A stretch of 64,000 nucleotides of DNA. It comes from Candidatus Latescibacterota bacterium (GTDB taxonomy: Bacteria > Latescibacterota > UBA2968 > UBA8231). Both the position numbers and the translations under genes were made by a program. Below are positions 48,390 to 56,420 of this stretch, one piece after another. The notes under the pieces were generated by a model, which was not told the origin of the DNA, made no database searches, and saw nothing but the letters and a program-made list of their open reading frames with translations. The stretch lies in contig OZ252098.1 of NCBI GenBank assembly GCA_965248355.1, forward strand, positions 544,001 through 608,000. Direction: 5' to 3'. Every line of letters starts with the position of its first letter. The first letter of the stretch is position 1.

Positions 48390-50575
48390 GACGAAAGAAG
48401 AGGACGCTCGCCGCGGTCGCCCTGCTGATCGCCGCCCTGGCGGGCTGGGACATCCATGCCCATCGCGCCACCATCTGGTTCGTCGGACCGGCCGCGGCCG
48501 CCCTGGGCGAGGACCAGCCGGTCCGGGTAGAGGGCCTGCCCATCATCCGGCCCAACACCCTCACCCTGGGCGAGGGCCATCCCACCGTGGCCATCGCCGC
48601 CTCCATCGACACCGAGCTGCCCGAGCCCGCGCCGCTCGACGCGGCCCTGAGCTACGAGCAGGTCGACGCCGTGGTCCGCCGCGCCCTGGACCTGGACCGG
48701 TCGGGCCGCTCCCTGCGCGACGTCATCGGGGCCGGCGACGAGGTGCTGATCAAGGTGAACAACATCACCAACCGGGGCAATCCCAACTCCTCGTACCACG
48801 CCCGGGGCTTCGAGCATCCGGGCCAGATCACCGATCTGCGCGTGGTGAAGAGCGTCATCGCCTACCTCGTGCGGCACGTGGGGCCCGAGAGGATCACCGT
48901 CGTCGAGGGCGGCTCCCAGTCGCCCCGCAAGGGGGCCCCCGGGTTCCCCACCAACGCCACGGAGGACAGCTGGTCGGTCACCTACCCGGAGTTCGACGAT
49001 CTCTCCTATGTGAAGATCCTGGAGGAGTTCGCCGCCATGGAGGTGGCCACCGTCGTCGATACGGCCGATCTCAACTACGCCCCCTTCAGCCGCAAGTACG
49101 TGCCCGGCGGCGCCTTCCAGCGGCTGGGCGTGACCCGCCTGACCTACCCCAACGCCCAGCAGGGCTTTCACGTGGCCGGCACCGGCAGGTTCCGCGACGC
49201 CCCCCTGACGGTGCCCACGATCCTGCTCGAAGCGGACAAGGTCATCTCCCTGCCGGCCATGAAGACCCACGTATACGGCCCGACCCTGGGCATCAAGAAC
49301 TTCGTGGGCGCCCTCTCGCCCCGGGGCCGCGGCACCAGCAGCCTCTCCAAGGGCGAGCTCTTCCAGTTCAACCCGGAGCACGGCCAGGTCGACATCTACA
49401 CCTTCCACCCGGCGGACTACACGATCATCGAGGGGTTCTGGGGCACCGAGGGCGACGGGCCGCAGGACGGCCTCAACATCCAGCACAACATCGTCGTCGC
49501 CGGCAGCGACCCGCTGGCCACCGAGGCGTTGGCCAGCGTGACCATGGGATACAACCCCCTCGATCTGGAGCTGCTCTACCTGGCCGCGATCAAGGGCTTC
49601 GGCACCTTCGACCTCGACAGGGTTCAGGTGGCGGGCAGGCCCGCGGAGAGCGTGCAGCGCAACTTCGCCAAGTCGCGGATCCACACCCTCGGCGCCCGCC
49701 ATCCCCCCTTTTACGGCCGCGGTATCCGCCGCTGGCTGGTGGCCGGGCCTTTCCCGGGGGCCGACCTCGACGCCGTGCACCTGCCCGACGAGGCCGGACT
49801 GCGGCCCGTGGAGGGGCAGGCGGCCCTCGACCGCACCTGGACCCGCGTGGAGCATCTGGGCTACTCGGCCGAGGTCCTCGACCTGGGCCAGGTCAACGGC
49901 GAGGACGAGGACGCCGCCCACTACGCCTTCACCCTCGTGCACGCGGAGCGGGCCATGGAGGGGTTCCTCGCCCTGGGCTACGGGGACCTGGTGCCCCTCG
50001 GACAGGGCGGCGGCGACGTGGCGCGGGTCTGGCTGAACGGGGAGGTGGTCCACGACGGCACCGAACGGCGCGGCTTCCGGCTCGCGGACAAGACCTTCCC
50101 GCCGGTCCCCGTTCACCTGCGGCCCGGCGAGAACCGGCTGCTCTTCAAGGTCGGCAACTTCGAGCGCGACGCGTGGCTGGCGGCCCACCTGGTGGACGAG
50201 GACGGCGACCGGCTCTTCGGCATCGAATACTCTCTGACCGGCGGGGTCCCCACGGCCGTGGAAGAGGAGTCGACGATGTCGGAAGCCCTTTCGGCCCAAC
50301 CGGTTCTGCTGCCCAACCACCCCAATCCCTTTAACCCGGTCACCCGCATCCGGTTCGTGATGCCTCACGCCGCCAGCGTTCGCCTGGAGATCTACGATCT
50401 GGCCGGACAGCGGCTGCGCAGGCTGATGGAAGGGACGGTGGGGCCGGGGCGCTACGAGGTCACCTGGGACGGGCGGGACGGGTCCGGCTTCAACGCCGCC
50501 AGCGGCGTCTACCACGCCGTGCTGCGGGACGACGGGGGCCGGCGCTGGTCCAGGGCGATGACCCTGATCCGATGA
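48383..50575 (+). CDS. Secreted DUF362-domain protein with C-terminal FlgD/T9SS-like sorting domain
   Basis: Signal peptide; VLIKVN, ITD..VV, EADKVISLPAMKTH, TLGIKNFVG, EG.GP, DPLA.E; PTAVEE...PNHPNPFNP...WDGRD..G...ASGVY. Confidence 0.8.
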   Translation: MSRRKKRTLAAVALLIAALAGWDIHAHRATIWFVGPAAAALGEDQPVRVEGLPIIRPNTLTLGEGHPTVAIAASIDTELPEPAPLDAALSYEQVDAVVRRALDLDRSGRSLRDVIGAGDEVLIKVNNITNRGNPNSSYHARGFEHPGQITDLRVVKSVIAYLVRHVGPERITVVEGGSQSPRKGAPGFPTNATEDSWSVTYPEFDDLSYVKILEEFAAMEVATVVDTADLNYAPFSRKYVPGGAFQRLGVTRLTYPNAQQGFHVAGTGRFRDAPLTVPTILLEADKVISLPAMKTHVYGPTLGIKNFVGALSPRGRGTSSLSKGELFQFNPEHGQVDIYTFHPADYTIIEGFWGTEGDGPQDGLNIQHNIVVAGSDPLATEALASVTMGYNPLDLELLYLAAIKGFGTFDLDRVQVAGRPAESVQRNFAKSRIHTLGARHPPFYGRGIRRWLVAGPFPGADLDAVHLPDEAGLRPVEGQAALDRTWTRVEHLGYSAEVLDLGQVNGEDEDAAHYAFTLVHAERAMEGFLALGYGDLVPLGQGGGDVARVWLNGEVVHDGTERRGFRLADKTFPPVPVHLRPGENRLLFKVGNFERDAWLAAHLVDEDGDRLFGIEYSLTGGVPTAVEEESTMSEALSAQPVLLPNHPNPFNPVTRIRFVMPHAASVRLEIYDLAGQRLRRLMEGTVGPGRYEVTWDGRDGSGFNAASGVYHAVLRDDGGRRWSRAMTLIR

Positions 50576-52542
50576 AGCGGGGAGCCGGGCCGGCTCAGAG
50601 CGTCACACCGCCCCGCCGCCTGAGGACCCTGGCCTTCGGCCTCACCGGCTGCCTGTGCATCGGTCTCGGCACCCAGTTCGGCGAGATGATCACCGGTGGG
50701 TCGCGCATGGCCAGCGGCTTCACCACCGGGGCGGCCCTGGTCCTGTTCTTCCTGATCGCCGGCGGGCTCAACCCGGCCCTGAAGCTGCTGCGTCCGGCCT
50801 GGGCCCTGGGGCGGGGCGAGCTGATGGTGGCCCACGGCATGATGATGGTCGCCTGCGCGCTGCCCACCACCGGGCTGGTGGCCTATCACCTGCCGATCCT
50901 GATCCTCGGCTTCTACTACGCCACCCCCGAAAACGAGTGGGCCGAGGTGATCCACCCCCACATCCCGGAGTGGATGGCGCCCCGGGACCCGGGGGCGATC
51001 CGCTACTTCTTCGAGGGGCTGCCCGAGGGGGAGAGCATCCCCTGGGACGCCTGGGCCCTGCCCCTGGCCTGCTGGGCCGCCTTCTTCGCCGCCCTCTACC
51101 TGGTGATGATCTCGGTGGCGGTCATCCTGCGCCGCCAGTGGATGGAGCGGGAGCACCTCATCTACCCGGTGGCCCAGGTGCCCCTGGCCATGGCCCGCGA
51201 GGAGCCGGGCGCGGCGGTGAACCCCTTCTTCAAGAGCGGGCTCATGTGGCTGGGCTTCTCCCTGCCCGTGCTGCTGACGACGTCGGAGGCCCTGCACCAG
51301 TACGACCCCATCTTCCCCTCGGCCCGGAGTCTCCTGTACCCGGGCACGAGCCTGCCCATCCTGAGGAACACCACGGCCATCGGCTTCCTCCTCAGCTTCC
51401 CCATCCTGGGGTTCTCCTACCTGATCCGGCTCGACATCGCCTTCGGCCTGTGGTTCTTCAACCTCCTGGCCAAGCTCCTGCTGGGGGTCTTCCGGGTCAC
51501 GGGGATCCACAGCACCGAGCACCTGGACTTCGCCGCCAACTCGCCCATTCTGGCGCACCAGGGGATTGGGGCCATGATCGTCCTCTGCTTGGGCGGGTTG
51601 TGGATGGCCCGCGGCCACCTGAGGGGGGTGCTGCGGTCGGCCCTCGGCCGCCGGGAGGGACGGATCGACGACAGCGGCGAGATCATGTCCTGCCGCGCCG
51701 CCGTGCTGTCCACCCTGGGTGGCTCCGCCGCCATGCTCCTCTTCCTGCGCGCCGGCGGCCTGCCCCTGTGGGCGGGGGCGACGATGCTGTTCATCGCCTT
51801 CGTGCTCTTCATCGGCATCACCCGGATCGTCGTCGAAGGGGGGATGGCCTCGTGCCGGGCGCCGCTGATCGCCCCGAACTTCGTCGTCTCGGGGATGGGG
51901 ACCGGCGCCGTGGGGGCGCGGGGCCTGACGACCCTGGTCTACACCTACTCCTGGACCGGCGACATCCGCACCTTCGTCATGGCTTCCGCGGCCCACGCCC
52001 TCAAGCTGCTGGAGGAGGTGCGGGTGGCCGGCGGCCGCCGGTGGGTCTTCGGGAGCCTGGCCGCGGCCGTGGCGGTGACCACGACCGCCTCGTGCTGGAT
52101 GATGATGACCCTGGCCTACGAGTACGGGGGCATCAACCTCAACGCCGGCTACTTCCAGCTCATCACCATGATCCCCATCCGCTACCTCGACTTCCACCTC
52201 AAGAACCCGGCGCTCCCCAACTGGGACGGGTGGATGCACACCGGCCTCGGGGCCGGGCTCATGGCCCTGCTCATGTTCGTTCGCCAGCGCTTCCTGTGGT
52301 GGCCTCTGCACCCCCTGGGGCTGCCCATCAGCGCCACCCGGATCATGGACCTGGTCTGGTTCAGCGTCTTCCTGGCGTGGCTCGCCAAGCTCTCGATCAT
52401 CAAGTACGGCGGCCCCCGGCTGTTCCTGCGGCTGCGGCCGTTCTTTCTGGGCATGATTCTCGGGCAGTTCGTGGTGGCCGGCGTGTGGATCGTCATCGAC
52501 TACCTTACCGGCATGAGAGACAACATGGTCTTCGTCATCTGA
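50572..52542 (+). CDS. Polytopic membrane protein, DUF6785/DUF6784-like (paralog of 2299-4275)
   Basis: Collinear: YYATPENEW, FFEGLPEG, LRRQW, CRAPLIAPNF, DIRTF, WWPLHPLG, TGM.DNM.FVI. Confidence 0.7.
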   Translation: MKRGAGPAQSVTPPRRLRTLAFGLTGCLCIGLGTQFGEMITGGSRMASGFTTGAALVLFFLIAGGLNPALKLLRPAWALGRGELMVAHGMMMVACALPTTGLVAYHLPILILGFYYATPENEWAEVIHPHIPEWMAPRDPGAIRYFFEGLPEGESIPWDAWALPLACWAAFFAALYLVMISVAVILRRQWMEREHLIYPVAQVPLAMAREEPGAAVNPFFKSGLMWLGFSLPVLLTTSEALHQYDPIFPSARSLLYPGTSLPILRNTTAIGFLLSFPILGFSYLIRLDIAFGLWFFNLLAKLLLGVFRVTGIHSTEHLDFAANSPILAHQGIGAMIVLCLGGLWMARGHLRGVLRSALGRREGRIDDSGEIMSCRAAVLSTLGGSAAMLLFLRAGGLPLWAGATMLFIAFVLFIGITRIVVEGGMASCRAPLIAPNFVVSGMGTGAVGARGLTTLVYTYSWTGDIRTFVMASAAHALKLLEEVRVAGGRRWVFGSLAAAVAVTTTASCWMMMTLAYEYGGINLNAGYFQLITMIPIRYLDFHLKNPALPNWDGWMHTGLGAGLMALLMFVRQRFLWWPLHPLGLPISATRIMDLVWFSVFLAWLAKLSIIKYGGPRLFLRLRPFFLGMILGQFVVAGVWIVIDYLTGMRDNMVFVI

Positions 52543-52555
52543 CGCGGAGAGGCGG

Positions 52556-53323
52556 ATGGAGCGAATCGATTTCCAGACCTGGATGCCCGGCGCCTTCGAC
52601 GGGAAGCCCTTCGGACCGGGGGACCTGGAGGCCCTGGAAGAGGAGGCCGGCGTCGGGCGCTGCGTGGTCATGCCCGAGGCGCGGCACCGGCCCGACAACG
52701 CGGGCCTGGCCGCCCGCATACAGGACCGGTCCCGCATGATCGGCTGCGCCGCCGTGAACCCGCTCGGGGGGGAGGCGGTGGAGGAGCTGGAGCGGGCCGT
52801 CCTCGAGCTGGGCTTCCGGGGGCTGCGCCTGTTCCCGGCGGACCACGGTTTCCCCATGGACGGGGCGGCCGTCGATCCCGTGCTGGACAAGGCCCGGGAG
52901 CTGGGGGTGCCCGTCACCGTGGACGGATGCCGCCAGGGCAGCGAGCCCGCCCGGATCGCCGCCGCGGCCACGAGGTTCCCCGAGGTGCCCTTCATCGTCG
53001 ACGTGGGCTTCCGCCCGAGCGCGCCCCCGGCGTCGATGCAGGTGCCCCTGCCCCCGGAGGGGCGCATCGCCGAGACCGCCCGGGAGATCCCCAACGTCTA
53101 CCTGGGGCTCACCGCCATGGCGGCGGTGGAGCTCTACTGCATCAAGCGGCTCATGGGGGTCTGCGGACCGGAGAAGCTCATCTTCGGCTCCAACGCCCCC
53201 TGCGGCCTGCCTCGGCTCGCCGTGAGCGGGTTCCGGCTGGTCCGCCTGCCGCGCCACCAGGAGGAGGCGGTCCTGGGCGGCACCCTGGCCGCCCTCTACC
53301 GGATCTCCGGAGGTGAAGCGTGA
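52556..53323 (+). CDS. Amidohydrolase_2-fold protein with degenerate metal site
   Basis: A.VNP, ELERAV.ELGFRGLRL.P..HG, KLIFGSNAP; no HxH. Confidence 0.75.
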   Translation: MERIDFQTWMPGAFDGKPFGPGDLEALEEEAGVGRCVVMPEARHRPDNAGLAARIQDRSRMIGCAAVNPLGGEAVEELERAVLELGFRGLRLFPADHGFPMDGAAVDPVLDKARELGVPVTVDGCRQGSEPARIAAAATRFPEVPFIVDVGFRPSAPPASMQVPLPPEGRIAETAREIPNVYLGLTAMAAVELYCIKRLMGVCGPEKLIFGSNAPCGLPRLAVSGFRLVRLPRHQEEAVLGGTLAALYRISGGEA

Positions 53324-54066
53324 GGATCTTCGACTGCGAGGCCTACCTGCCCAACAGCGGCAACCCCTACCTGTGCGGTGACTCCTTCGAGCCGGCGGAC
53401 CTGATCCGCCTGGTGGACGAGGTCGACACCGAGGCCGTGCTGACCATCCCCGCGCCCGAGGCGCCGCTGGAGGGCTCGGGGTGGGAGCAGACGAACAACC
53501 GCACCCTGAAGCGGGCCATGGACGAGTACCCCGGCCGGCTCCTGGGCTGCTGCGTCGTCAGTGCCGCCGCGGGGCCGGCGGCCGTCGACGAGTTCGAGAT
53601 GACCGTGAAGGAGTGGGGGTTCTCGGGCCTGAAGTACGCCCCGGGCCTCGAGGGCACGGCGGCCGATCTGGCCAAGGCGGCCGAGGAGATGGAGGTTCCC
53701 GTCACCATCCACACCAACGGATCTGCCGAGACCTACGAGCGCATCGCGGCCCTGGCCCGGCGCCATCCCCGCCTGGTCATGGTTCTGGAGCACATGGGGT
53801 ACCGTTTCAACGTGGACCTGGCCGTCGACCTGGCCCGGCGCTTCGAGTACGTCCATCTCGCGCCCACGGTGACTGCGGCGGCGGAGCCGGGCGCCGTGCG
53901 GAAGGCGATCGAGGATGTGGGAGCGGAACGGGTCGTCTTCGGGTCCAACGCGCCCTGGGTGTCGCCCGTCCTCGGCGTCGAGGGGGTCCGGAGCCTCGGC
54001 CTGGGCGCAGCGGTGGAGGAGCTGATCTTCCGCGAGAACTTCCGCCGGATCTACAGATTGCCGTGA
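53320..54066 (+). CDS. Amidohydrolase_2-fold protein with partly degenerate metal site
   Basis: EWGFSGLK, VTIHT, LEHMG, VGAERVVFGSNAP, IFRENFRRIY; N-terminal DCEAY instead of DxHxH. Confidence 0.78.
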   Translation: MRIFDCEAYLPNSGNPYLCGDSFEPADLIRLVDEVDTEAVLTIPAPEAPLEGSGWEQTNNRTLKRAMDEYPGRLLGCCVVSAAAGPAAVDEFEMTVKEWGFSGLKYAPGLEGTAADLAKAAEEMEVPVTIHTNGSAETYERIAALARRHPRLVMVLEHMGYRFNVDLAVDLARRFEYVHLAPTVTAAAEPGAVRKAIEDVGAERVVFGSNAPWVSPVLGVEGVRSLGLGAAVEELIFRENFRRIYRLP

Positions 54067-54129
54067 GAGCCAAGCCGGGGCGCATCGATCCGCCCGGAAC
54101 CGCGCTGAAGAAGCGGTCCACCTCCGGCG

Positions 54130-55128
54130 CTACTCGCACCCCAGCAGCCGCGCGGCGTTGTTGTGGAACACGTCCTCCACCTGCGAGTCGGTGAGGCCCA
54201 CCGCCTGGCACGCCCACTTGAGGGAGCGCAGGTGCTCCAGCACGATGAGCACCGGCCGGATGGTCGTGTGCTTCTCCTGCCACACCGGGGCGTCGTCGTA
54301 GAGCCACAGGAAGGTGTCGGCCACGGGCACGCTGCGGCCGTGCTGGTGGCTGGCGGGCCCGAAGTCGGTGCCCATCATGAAACGCTCGTGGCCCATGATC
54401 TTGAGGATGGCCACGTGGGCCATGGCGTCGCAGTTGGCGCTGGAGTCGAAGTAGAGGTTGTCCAGGCCCCGCAGCGCCGGCAGGCCGTCGAAGTTGTGGG
54501 CCGGCTGGAATCCCCGGGCCGAGTGCGCCAGGACCAGCTTCATGTCGGGATAGGTCTCGCAGTAGTGGCGGATCCAGTGCTGGTTGCCCGGGTCGGCGGC
54601 GGCGCGGCTCTTGACCATGTGCAGGGTGACGATCCAGCCCTCCTCGTGGGCCACCCGCACCAGCTCCTCCGGCAGGTAGTCGGGGATGTCCGCCTCCCAG
54701 GTGGGCTTCGTGCGCGAGAAGGTGTGGTAGCACTTGAGCCCCCGCAGGCCGAGCCGCTTCCCCTGCTCCCGCACCCACTCCGGGTCGTCGCCGGGCCGGA
54801 TCAGGAAGGCCCCGGCGAACCGGGGCCGGCCGGCGATCGTGTCGGACACCCACTCGCACTGCACCAGCGACGTGGCCGGGTCCCGGAGGGCCACCGTCGG
54901 CAGGATTCAGGCGCCCACCTCCCGCCCCGGGAAGACCGGCTCGATGAGCTTCAGGTACTCGTCGCAGCCCACGTCCTCCGGGAACCCCGGGGGCGTCATG
55001 GCCCGGTTGGACTCGCGGCTCCACAGGTGGCAGTGCATGTCGATGACGCGCTCCGGGAGGAAGGCGGCCAGCTCGCGCTCGAAGAACTCCTGGTCGTGTT
55101 CCTGGAAGGAGGCTGCGGGATCCAGCAT
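54130..55128 (-). pseudogene. Amidohydrolase-family gene interrupted by one in-frame TGA (54907-54909): nonsense mutation or recoded codon
   Basis: ORFs 54907-55167 and 54130-54894 are in one frame (EVGA*ILPTVALRD); intact IDMHCH, GLKCYH, LHMVK, LAHSARGF, GTDF. Confidence 0.75.
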
Positions 55129-55199
55129 GGGGGGCGCTCCGGGGATGGGAGTGGCCGGGGCTCCCAAGCCTAAGGCGCCCTTGGACCGCTAGCAAAGCC

Positions 55200-55960
55200 G
55201 GTCCCCACCGGTCTCACCAGGATGAGGGCGAGCTTGCCGACCCGCACCTCGCCGCCGCGACCGACGGCAGAGGTAGATGCCGGAGCCGACTGGCCGCCCG
55301 TCGAGGTCGGTCCCGTTCCAGTCCATGGCGTAGGTCCCCGGCTGGAAGGGATCGCCGGCCAGCCGGACCCGGAAGGTATAGGCCAGGCTGTTGCTGATCC
55401 CGGTCTTTGCGTAGCTGGTGCTGGTGCCCACCGAGGTCCAGCCCAGCCAGGTGTCTCCTCCAGCTCGTCCACTTCATACGCTCGATCGCGGACCCCGTTG
55501 GCTGGGGCCGCACTCCAACTCACCGTGATCGAGTTGCCCCTTCGAGCCGTGGCCACGCCGGCAGGCCAACCGGGGTGGCCGAGGCGCTGGACGCCGGGGC
55601 CGCGCCGCCGACGTTGCGGGCCCGGATCTGGAAGTGATGGAGCTTGCCGTTGGTCAGGGTATCCGGACGGTCCGCTCCGCTCCGATACAAGCCCCATCCT
55701 CCGAGCTTGAGCGTCGGACGGAAGGAGTCACCATCTGCGTCGATCCGCGAGCGATACCGCTCATTTGTCAGCCAGTAGTCGTAGTCTGCACGGAGTAGAT
55801 CCGACTCGTCAAGGGTCACAGCGACAGTCCGTCACCACGCGGTTCACACTTGGTATTGACCCCAATGATGTAGCGGAACCATCCGTATGCGTGAACAAGC
55901 CGACAGAAGAGCCATCCGGGCTTCTGCCCCAGAGCATATCGTCAGAGGTCAACTCCAAAC
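55200..55960 (-). pseudogene. Degraded FnIII plus FlgD/CTD secreted-protein gene
   Basis: Fragments in different frames: LTNGKLHHFQIRARNVGG...SATP; ITVSWSAAP; TGISNSLAYTFRVR; PGTYAMDWNGTDLDGRPVGSGIYL; VGKLAL. Boundaries approximate. Confidence 0.65.
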
Positions 55961-56042
55961 AGGGTCGCCGGAGGGCCCGGCGGGCACACGGGGATCGAGT
56001 GCTTGATCGCACGGTCTCTTGTCCTATATTGATGCATACAGT

Positions 56043-56089
56043 GGGTTACAGCAAAGGGTTACAGCAAATTTTGGGTTACAGCAAATTTT
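56043..56089 (+). repeat. Three direct copies of GGGTTACAGCAAA (last two followed by TTTT)
   Basis: Copies at 56043, 56056 and 56073 in an AT-rich intergenic patch. Confidence 0.95.
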
Positions 56090-56420
56090 GTGTCCTTCGA
56101 CGACGGTCGTTTCGTCGGGCGGGTGCTACGCCCCGGGGTGCGTCGCAGACCCCCCTTCCCCGTGCCACGCTATACCCGACCTCCAACACCAAGGGGCGGG
56201 CGAATCTGGATGTCTCTTGCCGGCACCCGGCGGTGACCGGCTCGAGCAAGGCGTTGAGATCCGACAACAGCTTCACGTCCGTATCGGCTCGCCGCTTGCA
56301 GGCGGCGAGGAGGACAGCTTGACTGTCGGCGAGACGACCATGACCGAAAGCTCCAATACCCCGGAGCTGTGTCGAACAGGCGCAGATCAGAAGACGGTTT
56401 CGTCCCGGAAGGAGATTCCA

